Shown one piece after another: positions 40,321 through 49,865 of a DNA stretch of 64,000 nucleotides (positions within the stretch are counted from its first letter, which is position 1; each line of letters begins with the position of its first letter). A model generated the notes under the pieces. That model was not told where the DNA came from, ran no database searches, and was given only the letters and a program-made list of their open reading frames with translations. The position numbers were made by a program, and so were the translations under genes. This DNA comes from Bryobacterales bacterium (GTDB taxonomy: Bacteria > Acidobacteriota > Terriglobia > Bryobacterales > UBA6623): assembly GCA_965208945.1 (NCBI GenBank), contig OZ242366.1, positions 1,619,827 to 1,683,826 of the forward strand, read 5' to 3'.

Positions 40321-41831
40321 CAGGCGAGTGAATCTCGATCGATCCGGAGGCCGCCCAGGTTGCCCAGGACAGCGAGAGCAATGCGGCTCGGCTGAAACCA
40401 CTCCCAAGCCAAATCGCGGATCTGAGCGTCTGTCACTTCCTCGATGCTGCGGCCTACTTCGTCAAGAGTCAGGAAGCGGCCCAGGTATTTCTCTTGCCGA
40501 GCCAGGTTTGACATGCGGCTCGAGGTGGATTCAAGACTCAGCAGCAGACTTCCCTTGAGGTGGTCTTTGGCGCGGCGTAGTTCGTCGCTGGCTACCGGTT
40601 TTTCCTTCAGATCCCGGAATTCGGCCGTCACGTGCTCCACGACCGCACGGGCCGTCTCGACCGAGGTTCCTGCGTACACCATCAGACATCCTGCGTCGGC
40701 ATACAGGCTGAAGTCCGAAAAGACCGCGTAGGCCAGTCCCTCGCGTTCCCGGATCTTCAGGAACAGCCGTGAGCTGACGCCGCCGCCGAGAACCGTGTTC
40801 AGGACGAAACTCGCGTAGCGCCTGGGGTCCGCCATGGGATGCGTGGGCACGCCCAGGCACACGTGCGCCTGTTCCAGCGAGGGCTTGTCCCGCATCACGA
40901 CCGCGGGATGCGCTTTCGGAGGGTCGGCGGGCTTTTTGTGCCGCTGCGCCTTGATGCCTTGGAAACGTTCCTCGATCATCTGTGCGAACTGCTGGTGGTC
41001 GAGATTGCCGGCAGCCGTCACGATCAGATTCGCCGGGTTGTAGGTCCGTGCGAAGAACCGCCTCAATTGAGGACGGTTGAAACGGGTGATCGTTTGCTTG
41101 TTCCCGATGATGGGCCGCCCCAGCGAATGACCTTTCCAGAAGTTCTTCGCAAAGGTCTCTTGCAGCAGGTAGTCGGGATTGTCCTCGTCCATCTTGAGTT
41201 CTTCGAGCACGACTCCCTTCTCCTTCGCAATATCCTCCTCTCGGAACAAGGGGTCGCGAACCATGTCGGAAACGACATCAAGGGCGCGAGGCAGGTGCTC
41301 ATCCAGTACTTTGGCTGTGAAAACAACGCTTTCTTTGGTGGTAAAAGCGTCCAGGTGCCCCCCGATCGCGTCGATCGAGCACGCGATTTCCTCGGACGAC
41401 CGCGTGGACGTGCCCTTGAAAACCATGTGTTCAATGAAATGCGTGATGCCGCTCTCATCGTCGGTTTCGTGACGGGAACCGGCGTCGACCCAAAAGCCGA
41501 TGGATACGGAGCGCACGTGCGGCATCCTCTCGGTGATGACGCGCAGGCCGTTCGGTAGAACCGTTTTCTGAACCTCCGGCATGGAATCGCTCGCGGAAAC
41601 CACCGTCGGAATTGCAACGCCGGGAATCAGGAACTGCGGATCGCTTTCGACGATCCCTTCCTCCTGGCTTTGCGAGCGCTGAATGCGCTTCCTGGCGGTT
41701 TCGCGGCGCTTGGCTTCGCGGGCTGCTTGCCGCATCTCGTAACCGTCAAGACGGTCACGAATGGCTGCAAGCAGGTCGGCCTTGCTTGGGCCCGGCAGCG
41801 GCAGCTTGAGCTGGCGTTCGCTTTTTGCCAT
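40317..41831 (-). CDS. M16-family (pitrilysin/insulinase) zinc peptidase
   Basis: GITHFIEHMVFKGT (HxxEH inverted zinc motif). There is an unusual ~90-aa Lys/Arg/Glu-rich N-terminal extension. The start is ATG 41831 or 41855. The stop codon TAA lies in the terminal TA of R1. Confidence 0.87.
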   Translation of the reverse strand: MAKSERQLKLPLPGPSKADLLAAIRDRLDGYEMRQAAREAKRRETARKRIQRSQSQEEGIVESDPQFLIPGVAIPTVVSASDSMPEVQKTVLPNGLRVITERMPHVRSVSIGFWVDAGSRHETDDESGITHFIEHMVFKGTSTRSSEEIACSIDAIGGHLDAFTTKESVVFTAKVLDEHLPRALDVVSDMVRDPLFREEDIAKEKGVVLEELKMDEDNPDYLLQETFAKNFWKGHSLGRPIIGNKQTITRFNRPQLRRFFARTYNPANLIVTAAGNLDHQQFAQMIEERFQGIKAQRHKKPADPPKAHPAVVMRDKPSLEQAHVCLGVPTHPMADPRRYASFVLNTVLGGGVSSRLFLKIREREGLAYAVFSDFSLYADAGCLMVYAGTSVETARAVVEHVTAEFRDLKEKPVASDELRRAKDHLKGSLLLSLESTSSRMSNLARQEKYLGRFLTLDEVGRSIEEVTDAQIRDLAWEWFQPSRIALAVLGNLGGLRIDRDSLAC

Positions 41832-42187
41832 GGCTCTCAAAACATCCTGACACAATCATGATCCAGGAGAACTTCCGATCGCAAGCTCCGAGGTTGCGGG
41901 TGCATCCATCGATCCGGTGTCACAACAGTGGGAGTGCGGCGTCTTGTGTGGTTTTGTTACTGAACGTTGTATTGATCGTCTCTCCCCCTTTATAACCCGA
42001 TAGCCCGAGGAATGCAGGTTGGAGTCGCACTGAAAATGCATCTTTTTGATATGGAAGGGGATAGAAACCCTTCGCTGAAGTGGTCACGGATTCGGTGGTT
42101 CTGTCGAGGACTCACTGCCGGGTTCCGGCCCGGCGGGTTAGAATGGCGGCCGGGTTCTGCGAAGTATCGGCAAGGGGAGTTTTCGGC

Positions 42188-43465
42188 ATGGAGAAGGAAT
42201 ACGCCGTCGAGTTGGCTACCTCGAATTTGCGGTTCGGAGCTGGCGCGACACGCGAAATCGGGATGGATTTGGCCGACCGGGAAGTCAAGTCGGTTCTACT
42301 GCTGACGGACGGCAACCTGGTTGACCTGCCGCCCGTTGTGACTGCGCGGGAGTCCTTGGAGCAAAACGCGGTCAGCTACATCCTGTTTGACCGGGTTCGT
42401 GTCGAGCCGACCGACGAGTCGTTTCGCGAGGCGATTCAGGTGGCGTCCGGACAGCCGTTTGACGCCATCGTGGCGGTGGGCGGCGGTTCTGTGATGGATA
42501 CGGCGAAGGCGGCGAATCTGTATTCGAGCCAGCCCGCCGGTTTCCTGGACTATGTGAATCCGCCGATCGGCAAGGGACTGCCTGTGCCGGGGCCGCTGAA
42601 GCCGCTGTTCGCCGTGCCGACGACGGCGGGAACAGGGAGCGAGACTACGGGTGTGGCCATCTTCGATTTCGTGGAGATGCATGCGAAGACGGGAATCGCT
42701 CACCGCAGGCTCAAGCCGACGCTGGGGATTCTCGATCCCGAGAACACCCGGACGTTGCCCCCCCAGGTTGCGGCTTCAACAGGGCTTGACGTTCTGAGTC
42801 ACGCGATCGAATCGTACACGGCGATGCCCTACACCGACCGGCCGCGGCCCGAGCGGCCGCTGGTTCGCCCGGCGTATCAGGGGTCGAATCCGATCAGCGA
42901 TCTATGGTCGCTCGAGGCGTTGCGCATGGTGCGGGAGTACCTGCCGCGGGCGGTTGAAGACCCAGGCGACGACGAGGCCCGCGGGATGATGCTGCTCGCG
43001 GCGTCCTATGCGGGAGTGGGCTTCGGGAATGCCGGCGTGCATTTGCCTCACGGCATGTCGTATCCGGTGTCGGGGATGGTGAAGAGCTATCGGCCGCCGG
43101 GTTATCAGGTGGACCATCCGTTGGTGCCGCATGGCATTTCCGTGATTCTGAACGCGCCGGCGGTGTTTCGGTTTACCGCTTCCGTGAATCCCGAACGGCA
43201 TCTCAGGGCGGCCGAGGTTTTGGGCGCCGGCGTGGCGGGCGCCAGGTCCCGGGACGCCGGGAAGATTCTCGCCGATACGATCACCGGATTCATGCAGCGG
43301 CTGGACGTTCCGAACGGATTGAGCGCGCTCGGCTACGACAGTTCTCATATTCCCGCTCTGGTCGAAGGGACCTTGCCGCAACACCGGGTCACAAAGCTTT
43401 CGCCGCGGCAGGCGGACCGCGAAGATTTGGCGCGCTTGTTTGAAGACGCCATGGTGGCCTGGTAG
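42188..43465 (+). CDS. iron-containing alcohol dehydrogenase family (hydroxyacid-oxoacid transhydrogenase-like)
   Basis: AVGGGSVMDTAKA, PTTAGTGSE and the GVHLPHGMSYP metal-site blocks. The start was moved to ATG 42188. Confidence 0.9.
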   Translation: MEKEYAVELATSNLRFGAGATREIGMDLADREVKSVLLLTDGNLVDLPPVVTARESLEQNAVSYILFDRVRVEPTDESFREAIQVASGQPFDAIVAVGGGSVMDTAKAANLYSSQPAGFLDYVNPPIGKGLPVPGPLKPLFAVPTTAGTGSETTGVAIFDFVEMHAKTGIAHRRLKPTLGILDPENTRTLPPQVAASTGLDVLSHAIESYTAMPYTDRPRPERPLVRPAYQGSNPISDLWSLEALRMVREYLPRAVEDPGDDEARGMMLLAASYAGVGFGNAGVHLPHGMSYPVSGMVKSYRPPGYQVDHPLVPHGISVILNAPAVFRFTASVNPERHLRAAEVLGAGVAGARSRDAGKILADTITGFMQRLDVPNGLSALGYDSSHIPALVEGTLPQHRVTKLSPRQADREDLARLFEDAMVAW

Positions 43466-43488
43466 GCTTCCGGCTCGTACGTGATCGT

Positions 43489-43961
43489 TTAGCCTGCATT
43501 TCTCACCACGTGGCGAGGCGAAGTGCGTGAGAGGGCCGTCAGGACTAGCAGCCCGTGTCTAAAGTCCCGTGGAAGGCGCGGCGGGCTCCTGCGGTCGCTC
43601 GGCGCGAAGTGAGGAGGATGGCGATCCGGGTGATCTCCTCCGACGAACGACAAAGCCGACGGCCGCAAATGTCCGTCGCCCAAAGGGTTACGCGCCGCTT
43701 CCGCTCGGCCGCGCGGAGAGCGAGGCGCCACGTTCCTGGCACGGCTAGGCGTTACGCCAATGGTGCCGGGGCGCGTAACGCCGCCCGCGTGACTTTAGAC
43801 ACGGGCTGCTAGGCGCAAGCCGGGCGGAGGAAAAAGGCGCGAGCCGCTTGGCGCGCGCAGGCGTACTTGAACAGTACGTTGAGCACGGCAAGCAAACGCA
43901 ACGAAGTCCTGGCGCTCGTATCGTGTGCTTCGACCGTCGGGTGGTGAGAAATGCAGGTTAG
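43489..43961 (+). repeat. R1 element interrupted by the R3 MITE
   Basis: The R1 left arm runs to ..gggccgtcaggac (43545). R1 resumes at ggcgcaagccgggcggaggaaaaagg (43812) and ends gtggtgagaaatgcaggtta. Confidence 0.9.
43546..43811 (+). mobile_element. R3 MITE (~262 bp plus TA duplications), nested in R1
   Basis: Terminal inverted repeats are TA-gcagcccgtgtctaaagtccc ... gggactttagacacgggctgc-TA. An uninterrupted R1-type site caggacTAggcgcaagccggg exists at about 55896-55916. Confidence 0.8.
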
Positions 43962-44036
43962 GCCGCCACGCTTCGGCTCGACGCAGAGGGCCGGCCGGAC
44001 CGGTCGCTACAATGAGCCGCTGATGCGGGAGCCGTT

Positions 44037-44426
44037 GTGATGGACCGGGAACGATTCGAGGCTTTGGTCGAGGATGCCTGGGATGCAATCCCCGACGAGT
44101 TCCGCGAGCGGTTCGACAACTTGGCGATCTTCGTTGAAGACGAGCCTTCCCGGGAGCAACTCGAATCGGCGGGTGTCGCGCCGGGGCATACCTTGCTGGG
44201 ACTGTATCAAGGGGTGCCGTTGTCACGGCGGGGGTTCGGGTACACCCTGACCATGCCCGACCGCGTGACGCTGTTTCAGGGTCCGATCGAGCGGGCGGCG
44301 CCTTCCTGGCGGGATGTCCCGCAGGTGATTTATGACACGCTGTGGCACGAGCTGGCCCATCATCTGGGCATGAATGAGAAGGAAGTGCGTGCCGCGGAGC
44401 GCCGGCGAGGGCGCTGGTTGCAGTAG
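44037..44426 (+). CDS. small zincin-like metallopeptidase family protein
   Basis: 129 aa with a C-terminal HELAHHLG motif and an acidic N-terminal half, typical of the small 'metallopeptidase family protein' class. Confidence 0.78.
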   Translation: MMDRERFEALVEDAWDAIPDEFRERFDNLAIFVEDEPSREQLESAGVAPGHTLLGLYQGVPLSRRGFGYTLTMPDRVTLFQGPIERAAPSWRDVPQVIYDTLWHELAHHLGMNEKEVRAAERRRGRWLQ

Positions 44427-44492
44427 GCCGCCGGTTTCAGCGCCGCCGGCCCCGGGAATGATCGAACGGATCGTTGTTGACCGCGCCTGCGG

Positions 44493-44610
44493 ATAGCCTG
44501 CATGTCTCACCACGTGGCGAGGCGAAGTGCGCGGGAGGGCCGTCAGGACGAGGTGCGCCGCTTGCGCCAGTAACGCGGCATGTAATGTTTTCACGAATCA
44601 CGGCGTTTGC
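44493..44610 (+). repeat. R1 fragment (left arm plus short heptamer tract, no right end)
   Basis: atagcctgcatgtctcaccacgtggcgaggcgaagtgcgcgggagggccgtcaggacgagg ... gttttcacgaatcacggcg. Confidence 0.75.
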
Positions 44611-44653
44611 ATCGCCGTATCGCCTGTGCCGGGCATGGGTTCATCCATGCGGC

Positions 44654-47008
44654 CTATGGGGCCGGTTCCAGCAGCAGCTTGTTCGCGGTGTTGGCTTCCA
44701 CGGCTTCGCGGCTGTAGACGAGCGGGGCGTATTCGTAGTTCCCCCAGAGGTCCACAAGGTCGCCGTAGTGGGGGCTTTCGGGTTGACCGGATTGGCCGGG
44801 GACGCTGGTGAAGACGGAGCGGTCCCAGTCGGCGAAGTCGAGGATGTGGCGGTAGGATGCGCCGTGCACCTGCGTATAGTTGGGTCCCGGTGCGCGGTTG
44901 GGTGTGTAAGCGTCGCCGCCGCGCTCGACCGGGCCTCGGTTGAAAACGGCGGCGCGGGCTTTGGTATTGGCGAGCGGATGCTCGAATGTGGCGAGATGGA
45001 TCGAGCCCCAGCGCCAGTTTGCCGCATCGTCACCGAGGACTTCCTTCGTCCTTGCGAATGCCGTTTCCAGTGATTCGGTGATGACGCGGTTGCGCTGGCC
45101 GGCCGGCGCGCGTTCCAACAGGTCGAATAGCGTGGGCAGCTTGATGTTGCGGGCAACGAGTTCGCGGGCTTCGGGCGGCAGTTCGGTCTCGACGAACTTC
45201 GGCGCCAGGGTTTCCTCCTGCCAGATCTCGTAGAGCGGAGCGGCTTGAGAGTTGCGGTCGAGCACATGGTCCCACTCCTCGAGCATCTTGCGGGCCTGCT
45301 GAAAGTCTGCTGATCCGCCTTGCGGAAGCTGCTTCAACATGCCGATCAGGCGGCGTGCGGGGAGTGACATCTCGTCGTGTTGGAGCTTCTTGAAGTCCTC
45401 GATCGTGAATTTTTTGGCTTGCCTCAGCACTTCGTCGACACGCCGGAACCGGTAGGGCTCGGACCAGTCGAAACCCATGTCGTAGGGATGGTTTTCGGGT
45501 CGAATGTTGTGGTTCGAGGTGGCGATGTAATGTTGCGCCGGATTGTGGATTTGGGGGAGCTGGTCGACGGTTCGGAAGCCGGCCCACTCGTGCTTGCCGG
45601 TGTGACCTGCGACAGGGAAGAGGCCCTTCCAGTTGGGTCGGATGGGCACGTGGCCGGCGGGGATCCAGCCGATGTCGCCATCCACGTCGGCGTAGACGAT
45701 GTTCTCGGGAGGGATCTTCCAGCGCGCCATGGCTTCCACGAAGTCGTCCCAGTTTTTGACGCGGTCCGTGGCGAGGCTGCCCAGGTAGCCGGCTGTGCCG
45801 GGCTCCGTTCCGACCCATCGGACGGCGGCGACGCGGTTCTTCTCCTTGTCCTCCCAGATGACCGGGCCGTGTCGCGTGTATTTGAGCTCGACCTCGACAG
45901 CCTCTTGATCTCTGACCTGGATCGTCTGCTTTTCGATCTCCATGTCGAGCCATTCGCCCTTGTACAGGTACTGGTTGGGGTTCTGCGGGTTGAGCTTCTC
46001 GATGTAGAGGTCGGCTTGGTCGTGCTGAACGATCGTGAATCCCCAACCGGCGCGTTCGTTGTGGCCGAGCGCCACGCCGGGCAGGGCCGGTTCGCCGCTG
46101 CCGATGACATTCCATCCCGGGCCGACAAGATGGACGAGGTAGCGCAGTGAAGGCAGAATGATCGAGCGATGGGGATCGCTGGCGAGCAGAGGCTTGCCGG
46201 TTTCGCTGAGAGTGCCGTCGACGACCCAGTTGTTGCTGGCGTCTTGCGAGAGGAGCCTGGGGATCCCGGACGCGCCGCGGTAGGTGGCGATCACGCGGCT
46301 GTCAAGTCCGTCCAGGTCGACTTCCGGGTCGGGCTTGAGATCCACGACGGGATCGGTGGGGAAGTACTTCTCGGTGATTTCCGTGCCGAGGCGGGAGACC
46401 ATCTCCGCGCGGGCGACTTCCTGCCGGGCGTTGCGCGTCATCATCAGGCCGGCGATGCGCAGGACGCAGTGCTCGGGCTTCCACTCGCCTGGCTGAAAGT
46501 CAAGCAGCTCGAACTCGATCGGCAAGCGGTCGCCGGCATGGGCGATATAGGCGTTCACGCCTGCGACGAAGGAGGTCGCTATAGCTTCGGTGTCGGGGGA
46601 GTAGCTTTCCCACTCGGCCTGCATGTCGCCTCGATAGCTGACGAGGCGGGCCATGCGGTCGCGCTCGATGTAGTCGGGCCCGAAGACTTCGGACAACTCG
46701 CCGGCGCCGGTGCGGCGCCAGATCTCGATCTGGTAAAGACGGTCCTGCGCGGCCACGAATCCCTGGGCGAAGAACAGATCGTGAACGGTTTCGGCATAGA
46801 TGTGGGCGACGCCCCACTTGTCGCGAAGCACTTCGACGGGTTGTTCGAGCCCGGGAAGCTGCAGCGAGCCTTCAATTTGAGCCAGACGCTTGCGGGATTC
46901 CTCTTCGATCCATGCTTGCGTCTCGGCTTGCGGCTGGTTGAGTTGGCAGCCGAGAGCGGACAAGAGAAGAGCTGTTGCTAGTAAAGTCGGGAAGCGGGAA
47001 GGCGTCAT
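44654..47008 (-). CDS. penicillin acylase family protein (peptidase S45; possibly acyl-homoserine-lactone acylase)
   Basis: Lipoprotein-type signal MTPSRFPTLLATALLLSALGC. The autoprocessing site is ..DASNNWVVDG, and the size fits the family. Confidence 0.9.
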   Translation of the reverse strand: MTPSRFPTLLATALLLSALGCQLNQPQAETQAWIEEESRKRLAQIEGSLQLPGLEQPVEVLRDKWGVAHIYAETVHDLFFAQGFVAAQDRLYQIEIWRRTGAGELSEVFGPDYIERDRMARLVSYRGDMQAEWESYSPDTEAIATSFVAGVNAYIAHAGDRLPIEFELLDFQPGEWKPEHCVLRIAGLMMTRNARQEVARAEMVSRLGTEITEKYFPTDPVVDLKPDPEVDLDGLDSRVIATYRGASGIPRLLSQDASNNWVVDGTLSETGKPLLASDPHRSIILPSLRYLVHLVGPGWNVIGSGEPALPGVALGHNERAGWGFTIVQHDQADLYIEKLNPQNPNQYLYKGEWLDMEIEKQTIQVRDQEAVEVELKYTRHGPVIWEDKEKNRVAAVRWVGTEPGTAGYLGSLATDRVKNWDDFVEAMARWKIPPENIVYADVDGDIGWIPAGHVPIRPNWKGLFPVAGHTGKHEWAGFRTVDQLPQIHNPAQHYIATSNHNIRPENHPYDMGFDWSEPYRFRRVDEVLRQAKKFTIEDFKKLQHDEMSLPARRLIGMLKQLPQGGSADFQQARKMLEEWDHVLDRNSQAAPLYEIWQEETLAPKFVETELPPEARELVARNIKLPTLFDLLERAPAGQRNRVITESLETAFARTKEVLGDDAANWRWGSIHLATFEHPLANTKARAAVFNRGPVERGGDAYTPNRAPGPNYTQVHGASYRHILDFADWDRSVFTSVPGQSGQPESPHYGDLVDLWGNYEYAPLVYSREAVEANTANKLLLEPAP

Positions 47009-47095
47009 GGCAGCCCTATGATACTGCAACTTGTGACGGCCGCAAGAGGTTCGGAATAGGGCATGGCGCCACCCGCTGAGAAGGCTGCGCAGCGG

Positions 47096-47280
47096 CTAGC
47101 CTGCCTTTCTCACCACGTGGCGAGGCGAAGTGCGTGAGAGGGCCGTCAGGACGAGGCGCGAGCCGCTTGGCGCGCGCAGGCGTACTTGAACAGTACGTTG
47201 AGCACGGCAAGCAAGCGCAACGAAGTCCTGGCGGTCGTATCGCGTGCTTCGACCGTCGGGTGGTGCGAAATGCAGGCTAG
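47096..47280 (+). repeat. R1 hairpin element, complete
   Basis: ctagcctgcctttctcaccac ... gtggtgcgaaatgcaggctag. Confidence 0.92.
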
Positions 47281-47415
47281 GCGCGAGCCGGGCTGAGGAA
47301 AAAGACGCGAGCAACAAGGCCTTTCAAGGTTTTTCACGAATCACGAGACACGAGACACGAATCACGGCCTTTTAATCGCCTGCTTCGACCGTCGGGTGGT
47401 GCGAAATGCAGGCTA
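47281..47415 (+). repeat. R1-related fragment (core remnant, 4.5-unit heptamer tract, right terminal repeat)
   Basis: gcgcgagccgggctgaggaaaaag..ggtttttcacgaatcacgagacacgagacacgaatcacggcctttt..cgaccgtcgggtggtgcgaaatgcaggcta. Confidence 0.8.
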
Positions 47416-49113
47416 CCCCTGATACCCCAGGACGAGCAAGGTGACGTCGTCGTCCTGATCGGCGCCGGACGTGAAGACCGATAACTCGTGACGGAGCTTC
47501 TCGTAAAGCTCATCGGAAGGGAGCGCGGCGTTCGCCGTGAGGACTCTTTGCAGCCGCTTCTCTCCGAACCGCTCGCCGGACCAGTTCTTCGCCTCGGAGA
47601 CGCCGTCGCTGTACACGACAAGCTTGTCGCCGGCGGTGAGGTGCGCCTCTGCGACGGGGAACTCCGACTCCGCGAACAGTCCCAGAGGCACGGTGTTGGC
47701 CTTGAGCAGTTCGACCTTACCCTCCGCGCGGACCAGCAACGCCGGGCAATGTCCTGCATTGACCCACTTCGTCAAACCCTCGCGGTTGATCAATCCGTAG
47801 AAGACGGTCGCGAACCGCGCATTCTTGGCGCGCTCGCAAACGTAGCGGTTGATGCGGGAAATCGTTTCGGACAGATGGGCTTCGAGGTTGAAGGCCGAAA
47901 AGAACGCGCCTTGAATCAGCGAAGCGAGCAACGCCGCCGATACTCCTTTGCCTGAGACGTCCGCCAGGACGAAGCCCCAATGATCGTTCTCGTAGCGCGT
48001 GACGTCGAAATAGTCACCACCCACCTGATAGCAGGCCTCGCTGTGTCCTGAGGCTACCAGCCAACCCTCTTTCGGCAAGATCGCCGGCAGCATCGAGAGC
48101 TGGATATCATGCGCGATCGCAAGCTGTTGTTCGAGCCCTTTTTTCTCGCGCTCTTCTTCGAGCAGGCGGGCATTCTCGAGGACGGTCGAGATCTCGATCG
48201 CCAGGGTCTGGAGCAGCTCTCGGTTGCCGGTGGAGAGGTCTTCCCGGTCTCTCTTGGAATCCATGTAGAGCGTGCCGAGAGTGTTTTGCTTCAGGGAGAG
48301 CATGCTTGTCTCGTGCTCTTGACCGATCCGGATCTTGACCAGGGGGACACAGACGGCGCGTCTCAATTTCAGTTCCTGAAAGGTCTTGCCGGCTGCCTCG
48401 TGGTCTGTTCCGCCCGGCGATGGATTGAAACTCATCGAGAGCAGGTCACGGCGCCCGAGCAGCGCTTTTTCGATCAGCCCTCGGGCCACTCGCAGCTCGT
48501 CCTCGGGCAGACTCTTGCTGTATTGGTTCCGGGCGACTCTCACTTCCAGCTCGCCGCTCTTGCCGGTCAGCATGAGGAATCCCCGCTCACAGTCGGTTAC
48601 GGCGAGAGCGGCGTCAACGGCCGCTGTCAGGACATCGTCGAGGGCAAGCGACGACTGCAGGGCGCGCGCTACGGCGAGGACCGCGCTGAGGCGGCCGAGT
48701 TCGCCGGTCGGGCCGTCCTTGGCGGCCGGTATTTCCGCGGCTTTTCGGATGAGCGCGGCAGGCTCCTGCTCTTCACCGACGATCAGGTGGTAGGAGTCCT
48801 TGACCCCGAACTCTACGCGGTCGCCTTGGTCCAGCTTGTGCCGCTCGACCTTGTCGCCGTTGACGAACAGGCCGTGGAGACTGCCGCAGTCTTCGATGAA
48901 ACAGGCGTTGCCCTCGACGAGGATCTGTGCGTGTTTCCGCGAGATGCGGCTGTCCCGCAGAGTGACTTCGCAGCCGGGCAGGCGGCCGATGCGGAAGGGG
49001 CTGCGGTTGACCTCGTAGAAGGTTTTTTTGCCGGCAGCATCCACCAGAGCAAGCTTCAGGGGAGCCTGCTCGGTCAGTCGTTGCGAGCGGGAGCGGAGAC
49101 TGGTGACTGACAT
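47413..49113 (-). CDS. FHA - GAF - PP2C/SpoIIE serine phosphatase
   Basis: FRIGRLPGCEVTLRDSRISRKHAQI (FHA domain), a central GAF-like region, and a C-terminal SpoIIE block (GDYFD...VLADVSGKG...SDG). The start was moved to ATG 49113. The stop TAG overlaps the R1 terminal TA. Confidence 0.88.
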   Translation of the reverse strand: MSVTSLRSRSQRLTEQAPLKLALVDAAGKKTFYEVNRSPFRIGRLPGCEVTLRDSRISRKHAQILVEGNACFIEDCGSLHGLFVNGDKVERHKLDQGDRVEFGVKDSYHLIVGEEQEPAALIRKAAEIPAAKDGPTGELGRLSAVLAVARALQSSLALDDVLTAAVDAALAVTDCERGFLMLTGKSGELEVRVARNQYSKSLPEDELRVARGLIEKALLGRRDLLSMSFNPSPGGTDHEAAGKTFQELKLRRAVCVPLVKIRIGQEHETSMLSLKQNTLGTLYMDSKRDREDLSTGNRELLQTLAIEISTVLENARLLEEEREKKGLEQQLAIAHDIQLSMLPAILPKEGWLVASGHSEACYQVGGDYFDVTRYENDHWGFVLADVSGKGVSAALLASLIQGAFFSAFNLEAHLSETISRINRYVCERAKNARFATVFYGLINREGLTKWVNAGHCPALLVRAEGKVELLKANTVPLGLFAESEFPVAEAHLTAGDKLVVYSDGVSEAKNWSGERFGEKRLQRVLTANAALPSDELYEKLRHELSVFTSGADQDDDVTLLVLGYQG

Positions 49114-49136
49114 CTCCGGGGCTCGATGAGCCGCGT

Positions 49137-49691
49137 TCAGCCGCGCGATCTCGAGCGGCTGCGCGGACGAATTGCCTTGCGGCGCGAAGGGCCCGTCTCG
49201 CCGCCGCGAGACGACAGATCCTCGCTGGGCAGGGTGTTCTGGCAGTCCGCGCAATACCCTCCCACCTCTGTGCGGCTGACGAGTATCTGGAAACCGAAAC
49301 CCGACTCGATCTGCTCGCGCAGGCTGCGGAGAGGATCGCCGAAAAACTCCTGGACCACACCGCAACGAAGGCAGACGATGTGTGCGTGTTCTTGCTTCAG
49401 CCGCGTCTCGTAGTAATGGTGCTCGCCCCCGAAGTGCATCAGGTCGAGTTCGTCGATCAACCCCTCGTTCTTGAGGAGTTTGAGCGTGCGGTAGACGGTG
49501 ACCCGGTTGATCTTGGGGTCTCTTTTGATGGCCAACTCGTAGAGTTGATCGGCGTTGAGATGGTCGTGGGCGTTGTTGATGATCTCGAACAGCAACTCCC
49601 GCTGCCGCGTCAGGCGAATACCGCGCTTGCGGAGAGGAGCCCGTACTGCGGCCGCCGCGTTTGTTTCACGTCCTTCGGGATTTTGTTTCAC
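49137..49691 (-). CDS. fur: Fur-family transcriptional regulator
   Basis: LTRQRELLFEII...VYRTLKLLKNEGLI...HAHIVCLRCG...YCADC. GTG start. Confidence 0.9.
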   Translation of the reverse strand: MKQNPEGRETNAAAAVRAPLRKRGIRLTRQRELLFEIINNAHDHLNADQLYELAIKRDPKINRVTVYRTLKLLKNEGLIDELDLMHFGGEHHYYETRLKQEHAHIVCLRCGVVQEFFGDPLRSLREQIESGFGFQILVSRTEVGGYCADCQNTLPSEDLSSRGGETGPSRRKAIRPRSRSRSRG

Positions 49692-49865
49692 AAGGAGGCC
49701 TCATGTTATCACAGCGGCTGCGGCGGGATCGTTGCACGGACGCGGCGGAAGGCCTCGCGACGCAAGCCGGTGAGAGTGTTGGAATGTGGCGGTTGATGAG
49801 TGAACGGAAAGCTCGGGGCAAACCGCATCACCGCTCGACTGCAGCGGGGACTATTGCCACGGCTG

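Noticed and set aside
40136-40407. Recurrent 'conserved peptides' (..ACISHHPTVEA.DTTARTSLRLLAVLNVLFKY.., ..LTALSRTSPRHVVRNAG) in small ORFs at 182-550, 15989-16183, 40136-40407, 47096-47337, 60206-60700 and elsewhere.
   Set aside because: The conservation is at the nucleotide level of the R1 repeat and appears in several frames and on both strands. No RBS or consistent start is present.
41990-42040. gaggaatgcaggttgg in the M16 / Fe-ADH intergenic region as a solo R1 end.
   Set aside because: Only about 9 nt match the R1 terminus (aatgcaggtt), and there is no adjacent arm sequence. Probably chance.
49692-49760. Fur box upstream of fur (..tgtgataacatgagg..).
   Set aside because: Only one GATAA-like half-site is present, with no 19-bp palindrome. 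The region is also disrupted by the mobile-element nest.
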